DNA of 63,459 nucleotides, the filler included, from Rozella allomycis CSF55 (lineage: Eukaryota), in NCBI GenBank assembly GCA_000442015.1. It is 6 parts of 6 records of this genome, joined end to end, with 100 filler letters (N's around TTAATTAATTAA, not from the genome) between each part and the next. Parts side by side here need not be neighbours in the genome. Positions count along the whole stretch, not along the records: positions 1 to 14,975 come from KE560819.1; 5 more parts are not named here. The stretch is one strand, 5' to 3'. Positions 1 through 11,460 of the stretch are shown here, in pieces. A program made the position numbers and the translations under genes. Position 1 is the stretch's first letter. Every line of letters begins with the position of its first letter. The notes beneath the pieces were generated by a model. The model searched no databases, was not told the DNA's origin, and saw only the letters and a list, made by a program, of their open reading frames with translations.

Positions 1-732
1 TATAGACTGATTCCGTCAGAGTGACGGATCAGAGGCGGCAGCCGCGGCACCAGTGAAACCTCAGGCGGACACTGAGGAAAGGTATACCGCGGAAGAGAGG
101 AGCTCTTTTCCTGCATTGGTTTCTTGATGAGCTCGTCACATGGAGATTTGTGAAGTGCCTTATCACCTGCTATATTTAGTCTTCCGGATTTGGAAATATG
201 CCCATTTAACAAAGCTTCAATAATTAGGCGAATTGTGATGGCGATTAACTTAACTCTGATATTAGTTTTCCAGAACTTTTTGTAGTTTTAGTTCGTGGTT
301 TGATTTGGTAGGCCTTACCAGAAGGTNGGCCGATTAGGTGTGACAGTTCTTCTCTTCAAAGATGAATCTTCCAGATCGCGATTGCCATGAACATGGGCGA
401 ATGGCCTATAGACTGATTCCGTCAGAGTGACGGATCAGAGGCGGCAGCCGCGGCACCAGTGAAACCTCAGGCGGACACTGAGGAAAGGTATACCGCGGAA
501 GAGAGGAGCTCTTTTCCTGCATTGGTTTCTTGATGAGCTCGTCACATGGAGATTTGTGAAGTGCCTTATCACCTGCTATATTTAGTCTTCCGGATTTGGA
601 AATATGCCCATTTAACAAAGCTTCAATAATTAGGCGAATTGTGATGGCGATTAACTTAACTCTGATATTAGTTTTCCAGAACTTTTTGTAGTTTTAGTTC
701 GTGGTTTGATTTGGTAGGCCTTACCAGAAGGT
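1..732. repeat. Direct duplication of 1-326 at 407-732 across a single-n join
   Basis: Both copies run tatagactga...ccagaaggt, and the first copy ends exactly at the n at 327. Probably an unmerged contig overlap. Confidence 0.85.
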
Positions 733-1206
733 GGGGAACAAGAATCTCTATGATTACCCACTGCCCTTGGAGAATTAGTCTGTGAGATGGACTATTTCCC
801 AGCCTAGTAATTTTAGTGTCAACCGCACTCGTAGTTGGGTGACGGTATCCTCTTAGGTCCTTTGTTTGGTTAGGAGGGCCAAACAAAGGCTTTTTTGTAA
901 AATGCCCTTTGCATTAGGGCATTTTATTTGGTGTTGAGAGGTTATAACCTCTCGGGAGACTGTGTTTTGTGACTATGGGGAAAAAGGAATTTTCCCGTTT
1001 TAACCAATATATAGCACTACATGCACCTGAAATTTCCTTATTTATAACCAAGAATTTCATTTCGGTTCTCCAAGGGTTTTTAAATCCCCATTTTTGGTCC
1101 CCAAACATCGCAAAATGAAAAAAGCGTTCAGGCTTCAAAAAAATAAGTCTTCATTCAAGTGGTATCAAAAGGTGAACAACAAACCCACAGAAAATAGCAT
1201 TTTTAT

Positions 1207-2560
1207 ATGCTGAACAAACCAAAACAAGTGGCGGCCGGTAATAATATTCACGGCGATGCTGTTGCCGAAAACCAAGGATACGATGATTATGAGGATTACT
1301 ATGAGCAGCCAAAAATCCCTTATCACGCAAAACGTTTCGACCACGAACGTATAAATTGGAAACCGCTATACAAAAGCATAATCGATCGAATTATTCCGTA
1401 CTCAACCATACGGGAGCAGAAATGTAACAGATGCGACAATGAAGAACTCTAAATGTGTAGTGGTTGTGTAAACACAACTATTGTGTGCCTGGGGCATGCT
1501 CAAAACCATATTAAAGAGACTCGCTGCACTATGTATGATCGCGAGCGAAAGATGTTGCAAACCGCTAACTCTGACGTTACTTTGTTTGTGTCCTTGTTTT
1601 TCTGGCATTACGGAAGCTCCACTTCGTTTAATGATATTTTATCAGCGAATTACATGCCCTCCTCTCCATGTAACCCCAAAAACGGCTTCCACTTTAAATT
1701 GTTGCAATTGGCTTCACAAATGTACTTACTGGGCAATTTGTCTCTCTGGGTTATCATGTCGTCCATGTTTCTTAGTCATGCACCTATCAATCTCTATAAA
1801 CGATTTACAGAGACCCTGCGCCGCCAATATATGTTCAGCAAGTATTGTATTGATCATTAGCAGAGGGATCCGCAAGAAGGTATGCAAGGACCATGCATAT
1901 CAGAATGCCCTGCATGCAGTCCACTTGACAATATACTGGAGAGGATGGCGTCTATAAACAAGTGGTTAGTTCTGGAAAGGATACAGATAGTAATTGCCAA
2001 GTCAATCGAAAAGTTCTATTAGTCACAAATACCATTGACTTATGCCACGTATGAAGATACGTGTCGGCTACTGTATGCTAAACGAGAGTTGAGATCACAA
2101 GTGTTAACTAAAAAAGATACGGACAGTGAGAAAATATTAGAGCAAATATATTACAAGGCCAAATATATCAATAAGAGGCGCAAACGACTTACATAATATG
2201 GTACCCAGAGTTAAATGTATGGATAAAAGTAGGTGCAACTAAAGCGTCAAGCATTAGACTTGAAATTTCTCGACTGAAAATAACTATCCAATTTTTGATC
2301 AATCTGTTTTATATTGGACGATAATTACGACAAGTCATTTCGGAATTCAGGATTTATCACGGCTGAGCAATTATCATTCTAAAATGGAGTTACAATTTCA
2401 AGCGAGCGATTCCAACAAAGCATGGAATGAATTGTTGAACATTGAGCGACAACGACATGTTCGTGTTAAGACAATGGCAATTCAATATCGAGAATCGCTT
2501 TTGGAAGTCGTTGTACCAAAGGAAATTGTACAAAGTTTGGGAAGCGTGAATCATGTTTGA
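1207..2560 (+). mobile_element. Degenerate CxC/KDZ (Kyakuja-Dileera-Zisupton)-type transposase remnant
   Basis: Cys-rich start (KCNRC..MCSGC..CLGHAQNH), then ILSANYMPSSPCNPKNGFHFKLL resembling the CxC 'L..G.FP.T...P..AF.F.LL' motif, then ECPAC. Several in-frame stops and no recognisable catalytic core. Confidence 0.5.
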
Positions 2561-3099
2561 CATAAAGACCTATATTCCTTTATTTAAATAAAACTACTTT
2601 TATTTAATTATATAATTATTTACTGAACACTTTTGAAGTACATTAATAATGTTCAAGACTGCATGTACCCGAGGCGGTATCACATATCATCTCACGGCGC
2701 ACGGTTGGTCTTGGTCCGTGCACCACAATCCAAAATTATTACTTAAAGACTCTTGCAACAAACATTTTTTGCTTTAAAGTAAAATTTCGTCTCGTAATGC
2801 ATGATTTGGGCCGATAAATGATAGATGCATCTTATCCAACATAGCAATTTGGTCTCCACGACCTCTCATGTGTCTTAAACCTGAGTACCAAATGTATTTA
2901 GTAACCGCGTGTTTGATGTCGAAAGGGTTGGAATACCGCCAAAATGGCTTTTTATGTACAGCACCAAGAAACAAAAAGTAAATATAGAATTTTATTTCTT
3001 TTAGTTTACGTTCTAGGGATGACATTTCCAAGGAAGTCCATAAATTGGGCTGACATCTAACTCCTGGCGGCCAATTCTCGACTTTTATTTGACCAGTTG

Positions 3100-4930
3100 C
3101 AATTTTTTTTCATGCGACATGTTTCACCGCGCTAATTTACATTTTGTAGTTTTGTCTCAACTCATTTTGAATAATTTGCTTTTATTCCATTCTGTTTCAC
3201 GAGGGACTCCATACATTCAAACTGACTCGAAATTAGACTAAGCTTATTTTGATGATGAAAACTTTTAATCACCAATGGTATTGATATGCCTTCATTCTCT
3301 TAACCCACTTTTACAAATTTCCCTGCTGCAGTACAAGGTGATCCTTCAAATCGACCTTTATAATTAAAGTAACAGACTAAATCTATATTTAGCACCTCAA
3401 ATTTTTTCACGACTTTTGCGTATTCTTCAATGACCTGTTTAGCCAAATTCACGGGTTCTGCCGCTGATATATCCTTTGTCGAGTCAAAATTTTCAAAATT
3501 CTTGCCTGCGTATGCGACGGCCTCCTCGTATATTGGACTCTGCTTATTCTTTGTATTTATTAAAGAATATTGCTTACCAAAATTTGATCGGCAAATCTTT
3601 AGAGTACAATAAAGCGGCATCGGTTCGATCTTGGCTTTCTGTCTTACCATATTCATGAATGGCCTTTCGCCACCCAAGTACACGAGCATAGTTAGTCGGA
3701 CAAAATTTGCGCTTTTTGACTCTTGCCGCAATGATAGACATGTCAACTGCACGATCATTCTGCTGTTCAATAGACTTATCAGCCTTTGAGGTATTCAATT
3801 GTATGTTATTTTTAGTTGGCCGCTTAAAAGTATAAATCTATGCCTGTTATAATCATGCTGCATTTTTACGTTCATTTTCTTAAGCACATTCTGATATTGA
3901 GGGTGTTCNTAATTGTATGTTATTTTTAGTTTGCTGCTTAAAAGTATAAATATATGCCTTTTATAATCATGATGCATTTTTACGTTCATTTTCTTAAGCA
4001 CATTCTGATATTGAGGGTGTTCNTTTCCCTGCTGCAGTACAAGGTAATCCTTCAAACCAACCTTTATAATTAACGTAACAGACTAAATCTATATTTAGCA
4101 TTCACGACTTTTGCGTATTCTTCAATGACCTGTTTAGCCAAATCCTCGGGTTCTTCCGCTGATATATCCTTTGTCGAGTCAAAATTTTCATAATTCTTGC
4201 CTCTAGCGTATTCGACTGCCTCCTCGTATCTCGTATATTGGACTTTGCTTATTCTTTGTATTTTTTTTAAGACAATTGCTTACCAAAATTTGATCGGCGA
4301 CATCTTTAGAGTACAATAAAGCGGCATCGGTTCGATCTTGGCTTTCTGTCTTACCATATTCAAGAATGGCCTTTCGCCACCCAAGTACACGAGCATAGTT
4401 AGTCGGACAAAATTTGCGCTTTTTGACTCTTGCCGCAATGATAGACATGTCAACTGCACGATCATTCTGCTGTTCAATAGACTTATCAGCCTTTGAGGTA
4501 TTCAATTGTATGTTATTTTTAGTTGGCCGCTTAAAAGTATAAATCTATGCCTGTTATAATCATGCTGCATTTTTACGTTCATTTTCTTAAGCACATTCTG
4601 ATATTGAGGGTGTTCCTCAGAAACATAACCCATTGCTGTCATACATTCCTTATGAAGGACTTCTGAGACGGATGTTGCAGTCATTTGCCTGTTTTGTCTA
4701 ATGTCATTAACCATAAAGTGTGTACATAAAAGATTGAATAATTTTCTTTCGTTGTTCATCCAATCTTGTATTTTCCATATTGATATGCGCATTATACTGA
4801 GCGTTGGGTGTGCTATTTGTCGCGGGAAATGACTCAGTGTCTCCGGGAGCGCTACTATTGTTAAACACTTTTTAAATGTAAAATATTGTGTTACCTTCCA
4901 CGCTTGGTCTTTTTGGAGGTCGTAGTACAA
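3100..4930 (-). pseudogene. Multi-copy, frameshifted fragments of an unidentified ORF
   Basis: ORFs 3300-3770/4280-4477 and 3574-3798/4203-4505 encode near-identical peptides. EHPQYQNVLKKMNVKM occurs three times around the n joins at 3909 and 4023. Confidence 0.5.
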
Positions 4931-5351
4931 GTTTCATATATTTTCTTAAATCTGAAGATGGCGAATAGCTTATGAAAACCCTTGGAGAAAAAAATTTTTC
5001 CTTTCTCATAACCTCAAACATGGGTGCAAGCCCTGATATATAGCCTGGTAGTATTTCATTTTCGACTATAAGATTCTTATTAATCTACTATTCTGTCAAA
5101 CACAAAACACTATGAAAAATGTTTATTATATTATAGCGAGCGATATGTAAACACCGATAGCCATGCAAGAGATTCCCGAGACACCGCAGCCAATACCCGT
5201 GGGCTGTGATGATACCAAAATTGCTTGGTGTTTGTAGAACAGACGGAGGCGTATTTTGATTGGTGGGACTAGCAGAAAACAAAGCAAGGGAAACAAAGGT
5301 CGATAAGTAATAACAAGGTGATGTTCAATGCAGTGAAAAATGTAAATTTGT

Positions 5352-6045
5352 CGGAGAATCAGGTCATTGCCTTGATCTGCTCAGAAAATTTAATTAATCA
5401 ATAAAAATGTTGATATATTTAAAAAAATGAGACAACATATATTTTATTTAAGTATTTATGCCAGTCTTCTCAGTATCATTGATGCATCCCTTTTTGCTAA
5501 CGTAAAACTTATCTTTAGACTTTAATCTGGGCCTGTGGTATACCACATTAGTTTCGATATTTTGCACATTGGACACTGCANATTTTCGATTGCGAATCTT
5601 TGTCAAAAAGAATTTGGTATGTAAGCGATATATATGATACTCTTAAACAGAGTCTTAACACGGCATCAACAAAGTTAATGCACTCTTTGCTCACATCATT
5701 TGATTTCTTTAGACAAGAGGAAAGACAAACAGAATTTTACGCAAACGTGCACGGGAAACTTTAAGAATAATTCATGTGGCTGATGAGTTCGATTTGGAAA
5801 CATTTTTCCCATAAACTCCTAATTCACAGGCAGTTTACTTGTTTCTTCTCGACACGGAAGATTTCATGAACCTTCGTGGAAAACGAATTTTGTCCTATAT
5901 TCATGAAGTCAAGACAAATATGCCGGAGAATCAGGTTATTGCCCTGATCAACTCAGATAATTTAATTAATCAATAAGAACTGTTGATATATTTAAAGAGA
6001 AATTATAATTTATTTAAGTGTTTATGCCATTTTTCTCAAAATCAT
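5352..6045. repeat. Diverged ~120-nt direct repeat (about 5352-5478 and 5924-6045)
   Basis: ggagaatcagg..attgcc..gatc..ctcaga..atttaattaatcaataa...gttgatatatttaaa is present twice with substitutions. Confidence 0.75.
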
Positions 6046-6057
6046 TTAGAAATATNT

Positions 6058-6911
6058 AACCCATTCGAGGTGTTATATTAAAATACAATACTAAGTAATG
6101 TTTTAGCTCTTTAGACCATCAAAAATTCAACTCTGTCGGGTTGAACTGGTGAACTTAGTTTGTTGAGTAATCGGAGCCGGGTTAACTATAGAAAACACAA
6201 TTTTCATTTTTAACAAACATTGTGAACTGTATTNTAGTGCCAATCGCAACCAATGTTTTGGCACTCAAGAAAAGTCAATTTTATTTTGAACTAAATGATG
6301 TATTAAAACTGTACTCGTCTACCTAGATTGACAACATTTTTAGTTCCATGTTTTCTTTGTCACATTTTTCAAATTGGTACGGTTTGCCCAACTTACGGAT
6401 TACACCTAATACGTACTAATAAACGAGCCGGAACCCAGTGGAGGCGAAAAGTTAATAGNACAACTTTGTTCAACCATTTTATTACCTTTGCACAAAAATG
6501 CTCTTTATAAGAATACAAATTGTGTTTTGTTTTCAAACTAAGCAGAGCAAATACACAAGCTGACATGAAACGGAAATNACAATCTTGCAAACATCTGTAA
6601 TACTAAAAGCGGAGTTGTCATGGTAATTAGCGGTTGTCAAGAATAACACCGACGACTTTTCAAGCCCTAAATAATTATTTGCCATTATTAATGTATGTAG
6701 AACGATCTGATAATTGAATCTGGACNTTGGTCCGCTACAAAGCGGAGCACTTACGCTATCTCCTCAAGTAAATATTTTTTAACCAATTCGAGGTGTTATA
6801 ATAAAATACAATACTAAATAATGTTTTAACTTTTTAGACCATCAAAAATTCAAATCTGTCAGGTTGAACTGGTGAACTTAGTTTGTTCAGTTATCGGAGC
6901 CGGTTAAACTA
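6058..6911. repeat. Diverged ~130-nt direct repeat (about 6058-6189 and 6781-6911)
   Basis: aacc.attcgaggtgttata.taaaatacaatactaa...gttgaactggtgaacttagtttgtt.ag...cggagcc is present twice. Confidence 0.8.
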
Positions 6912-7211
6912 NGTCATGACAAGATGCCAACACCCTGTGCTCTAGTATGCAAGTCTATCTGCAAAGTATCCGCAATATGTAGGCTTGGATGCATGCTGTC
7001 AGCCAGTCCATAGGTTTAAACGTTGTGTGGGCCAGCGATTTAGTCAACATGTCTCCAAGTGGTCGGGGGTTCGTTGGCAGTGCGGTATATTGTAAAACTC
7101 TTACATGGCGAAGATTAATATATTTGATTGATCAACATTCAACAGCGAAAAACGCAATTTCTCAAACGAATACTAATTGATCAAATAAATCTATTTTATA
7201 TATTTATAAGT

Positions 7212-7826
7212 CTATTTATGCTCGTGTTGAGTGTAAGAAAGAAATGCGTTCCAAAAAAGATTCACTGATTGAACAACCAGTGCTTGAAATGGTACAGGGA
7301 CAAACCGAAAATTAGCTAGCTGCACAGGAGTCCATAAACTAATGTCAACTAGATACGTGAAGCCAAATTCATGCATTAGTTTTTCTTTGGCCTCTTTAAA
7401 TGACTTTCGCTCCGCTAGCGTACTAGATAAGTAAAACACTGATAAGTAAATGGGGTCAAAAACTGTTGCATCTACAATAGCCTTTGTTATTATGATATGC
7501 CATGGAGGTCTAATGAATCTGGATGTCTGAAATAGTTTCCTTAAATACATGTTGAATTTTGATCCTTTCCTGGGATCGAAAAGAGAGCGAACAATGACTT
7601 CAAGTCTTTGATACCAAAATGCGTACATGGGTGAAGCTACAAAGAGCCCGAAACCAGTCATCCGTAGCATTCTTTCCTTGTCCAGTGCTTTCTCTCCTTC
7701 ATTTCTGGAATAGCTGATTCCTTTCTGTGAAATAATATCGCCGAGACACCATAAAGTGCCTCCAGTAACAATCTGAGTCGTATAATAATACCTCTGTATC
7801 AGCCGATTGTAGAAACGAAACATCAT
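7212..7826 (-). CDS. Mpv17/PMP22 family membrane protein (SYM1-like)
   Basis: Intronless 204-aa ORF with the motifs TQIVTGGTLWCLGDIISQ, RMLRMTGFG and LWTPVQLANFRFVPVPFQALVVQSVNLFWNAFLS. Confidence 0.92.
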   Translation of the reverse strand: MMFRFYNRLIQRYYYTTQIVTGGTLWCLGDIISQKGISYSRNEGEKALDKERMLRMTGFGLFVASPMYAFWYQRLEVIVRSLFDPRKGSKFNMYLRKLFQTSRFIRPPWHIIITKAIVDATVFDPIYLSVFYLSSTLAERKSFKEAKEKLMHEFGFTYLVDISLWTPVQLANFRFVPVPFQALVVQSVNLFWNAFLSYTQHEHK

Positions 7827-8138
7827 GGAATTATGAAATTCCTAAAATAAATTCGACATTCGAATCAAAATCACAACGTGCATATTACAATTAAGGTTAA
7901 AAGTTGAATATTACTAAGAGATTCCAATACCAGGCGATGATACTAATCATACTATAGATAATACATGTTCCCGCTTTCCGCCTGTTGTCTTGTAAAAACT
8001 GAATTTGAGCAAACAAGATATTCATATTAATCACTTAATAATTTATATTTTAAACTTTTATTCCAGATCCATAAGAGCTCAAGGAACAATCTACCCCGAC
8101 GAACATAATGTAGTCATATATACCAAAAGGTTTGCAAA

Positions 8139-8608
8139 TTATTCATTGGGATGATCCTTTATTAGTTCTAAAACTTTGCTGTAACCGTCCATCATTTCAT
8201 TTAATGCCACCTTCAATTCCCTATTTTCATTTGCCAGTTCCATATATTTCTGATCGAATGACTTTTGCAAATCTACAATTTCATTGGAATGCTTCTTTTT
8301 AATATCTCTAATATGATCCTCTAACCCAAGTAAAAAATACTTACATGGATCTCGAAGAAATTCGAAAGCATGTCCTTGCTCAATTTCTCATATTCAGCAA
8401 TAACTGACAATAACTCGTGGTTTTCTCTTTGATCTTATAAGTTCTTTAATATGCGCTTACATTTGGGTTTTACAGTTAAGGTCCCCTTTTCCAATGTCCC
8501 TGGTGGTTACGCATACTTTTAAATCGCACCTTGTAATAGATTGTTTATAGTTTTCATTCTATTATCAAAAGAGTCCAAAAACTTTGATATTTCATTCACA
8601 GATTCCAT
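8139..8608 (-). CDS. Small 4-exon coiled-coil protein, possibly SIKE/FGFR1OP2-like (not in the ORF track)
   Basis: Manual splicing of 30-, 27- and 26-nt GT-AG introns gives an open frame: MESVNEISKFLDSFDNRMKTINNLLQG..YQRENHELLSVIAEYEKLSKDMLSNF..ELANENRELKVAL..HPNE*. The family call rests on loose motif resemblance only. Confidence 0.6.
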
Positions 8609-8632
8609 TTCGAAAATATCATAAAGATTCAC

Positions 8633-10562
8633 ATGGGACTTTTTGGCCTAGGAGTCGGAGTAGTTTCAACGCTTTATGCCGTTTCATATGAAGTATCTGT
8701 TTTTTGGATTAGCGTAATGTAATTAAATGTTCAAAAAAGAAAATATATGAATTGACTGTGCATCCAATGATAAGAAGAAGACATTGCTATAATATTCTAG
8801 CGACTGCAGAAACATACGAACAATGGAAACAAGCTGCTATGGAATTGGACATGTATTAAATTTGAATTGCCTGAATAGGTTGGAAGGTAATGATGTCTGG
8901 AAAAGGGACCCCTCAAGCAATGATTTTGATGTTGACATGATTGCCAGCAGATTGGATCAAATGAGGGTAGCGAGATCATCAAACGATATACCCGCTATGT
9001 TGTTTCTGATAAAGACAAGTAATTATCGTAGCCTATTAAGATTTAGATTTGTCCAGGAATATTGGAGATATTGCGAATCCTAAACTCTTTTCATTTACAA
9101 ACGTTGGCACCAAACATATAATTGACGAGTACATTAATGAAGTCATAACGCATCTAAAAATTCTATCGGAATATGACCGAGGTGTTTACAGGGACATTAC
9201 ATTAAGAATTGACTTTTTTAAAGCGTTACGAAGAGCATTTGGCAATACTGCTTTACTTCTTTCTGGTGGAGGGACGCTAGGAATGAAACATGTGGGGGTT
9301 ATTAAAAGTCTTCATGAACAAAAATTGCTGCCCAGAATTATTTCAGGTTCTTCATCTGGATCAATTGTGGCCGCAATAATATCAACACGCACTGATAAAG
9401 AGCTTGATACTTTATTGGATACACTTGAAAATTTCAACTTTGATGCTTTCAGTGAACCAAGCTTACCAGACGACGCCTGCTTTATTGCTCATATTCTTAA
9501 AAAAGTTGAAAGATTTATTAAAAGCAGTATTACACGTTTGAATATTAAATAGGCGTCCTATTCGATGTGGAATCTTTGAGAACTTGCATGAGATTGAACT
9601 TGGGAGATATGACCTTTCTTGAAGCTTATAATCGAACCAGGCGAATCTTAAATATCACTGTTTCTTCTTCGACTATATTTGAGATGCCAAGGCTCTTAAA
9701 CTATCTGACTGCACCTAATGTAGTTGTATGGAGTGCTGTTGTCACATCTTGCTCTATTCCAAACTTTTTCAAGGCTTCTCCTTTAATAGCAAAGGATAAA
9801 AATGGTGCTTTTGTTTCATGGAATCCAAGTGGTAATACATAATAGTGAAAAATATAGGGGACACATGGATTGATGGTTCGTTTGAAAAGTATGAAATTTC
9901 AGAAATTATGATAGTGATTTACCGATGAGAAAGTTGAGCGAAGTATTTAATGTTAACCATTTCATAGTATCTCAAACCAATCCCCATGTTTATCTGTTCA
10001 TACCTAATGAACTCAAAAGCAGTTGGAAGTCTTTCTTTATTGACCGACTACTTTTCTTGTGCAATTCAGAAATACAATATAGGTGTTCTCAGCTAATTGA
10101 TCTAGGAATATTCCCATCAATAATGCACAGAGTCCGGTCTATTTTGAGTCAACGATACATGGGCGACATTACAATTGTCCCTCTAATGTCCATAGTGGAC
10201 CTCTTCCGCTTGTTTTCCAACCCCACCAAAGAAAGAATATTGGACTATGTGCGCAAGGGGGAATTGGCTACTTGGCCAAGTATGAAATAATATGTTGTGG
10301 AATAGAACTTTCGATTATTCAAAACCACTGCAGGGTTGAGACTACTCTGGATGAAATCCTTTACAATCTTCGCTGTATAATGATTGATCAGCTGAACATT
10401 AACAAATCTATCGGCCAGATTGAAATGGAGGAACATGAGATGGAGGGAAACGCATCCAAAGACAATATGGCTACCCCTGTTGTTTCCAGGTTCAAGAGAA
10501 AGACCACTATTTCTTCATTGTCGTATTCTTCATTAACCGATCTGCATAACCGTTACCAATAA
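8633..10562 (+). CDS. Patatin-domain triacylglycerol lipase (TGL3/4/5, SDP1-like), multi-exon
   Basis: N-terminal ATAETYEQWKQAAMELD, LLLSGGGTLG, nucleophile GSSSG, MTFLEAYNRTRRILNITV, LLNYLTAPNV, WIDGS and FNVNHFIVSQTNPH. Exons are joined by 26-28-nt introns. Confidence 0.93.
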
Positions 10563-10574
10563 ATCAATGGATTT

Positions 10575-11372
10575 TCATTCTTTGAACAGCCTTTTCACTT
10601 TATGAAGTATGCACAGTTCATGTATAATATGTTGTGGAGTTGATTTCAGTTCTTTTACACTAGGCGCATTTAGTAGAACTGACACCATACTCTTATTTTT
10701 TAGAGTGAATAGATCGTTAAACAGATTGACATCAATTTTCTTCAATTGGGTGGCGACTATATTTAGCTTTGCAAAATGTGACCACAAATCAGAAACTTTA
10801 TATAATGCGCGCAACAACTTGACGTTACAAGGTATGCAATCCAAATCAATACTCATACACATATAATANCTCAATTGGGTGGCAACTATATTTAGCTTTG
10901 CAAAACGCAGCCCCAAATCAGAAACTTTATGTAATGCCCGCAAGAACCTAAAGTGACTAGATATGCAATCCAAATCAATACTCATGCCCATATAATATAT
11001 CTGTGCATCCAATTCCCTCTGCATAAGGTCCCATTCAATTCCATCCCCTGTATTTTCAATTGCCAATTGTGTAACTATTTGCTTCAAATACTGGTAAAAC
11101 CCAATTTCATCATTTTCGTAAAATGCGCGTTTCTTTGATTGACAAGTGTCCTGAATATTTATAGTATCAATTAGATTGGATTCTAAATCGATCAGGGCGA
11201 GTGTATATGAAGAAGTGATGTCAGTGGGTGAGAGCCATGAAAACCACTTGTCGAGTGAGAAACCGGGTATGAAGAGGTTAGTGTGTGGTTTAAGGCATTT
11301 GTAGAGATCAATTAGATATAAATATTGGTTGTTTGGTAGCGGTATAGTGTATAGCCATTGTGAAATATTCAT
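10575..11372 (-). CDS. Hypothetical protein; the internal duplication at the n join is probably an artefact
   Basis: 265-aa ORF. The YYM.MSIDLDCI...FAKLNIVATQL block appears twice, either side of the n at 10869. Confidence 0.5.
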   Translation of the reverse strand: MNISQWLYTIPLPNNQYLYLIDLYKCLKPHTNLFIPGFSLDKWFSWLSPTDITSSYTLALIDLESNLIDTINIQDTCQSKKRAFYENDEIGFYQYLKQIVTQLAIENTGDGIEWDLMQRELDAQIYYMGMSIDLDCISSHFRFLRALHKVSDLGLRFAKLNIVATQLXYYMCMSIDLDCIPCNVKLLRALYKVSDLWSHFAKLNIVATQLKKIDVNLFNDLFTLKNKSMVSVLLNAPSVKELKSTPQHIIHELCILHKVKRLFKE

Positions 11373-11460
11373 GATTTGTTTGTTTATGCATCGAATTGAG
11401 TTTGCTTATGTATTAAATTGAGATTAACATAAAAATTAGAAATATAATTTATTGGTCTGT

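Noticed and set aside
1-732. Apparent tandem repeat or LTR
   Set aside because: The copies appear identical and the first ends exactly at an n join, so unmerged contig overlap is more likely.
6990-7100. Minus-strand GDMLTKSL resembling the Copia RNase H motif
   Set aside because: A single short motif with no other pol motifs nearby.
10740-11000. Internal repeat in the 265-aa ORF
   Set aside because: It straddles the n at 10869; probably two alleles or paralogues stitched together.
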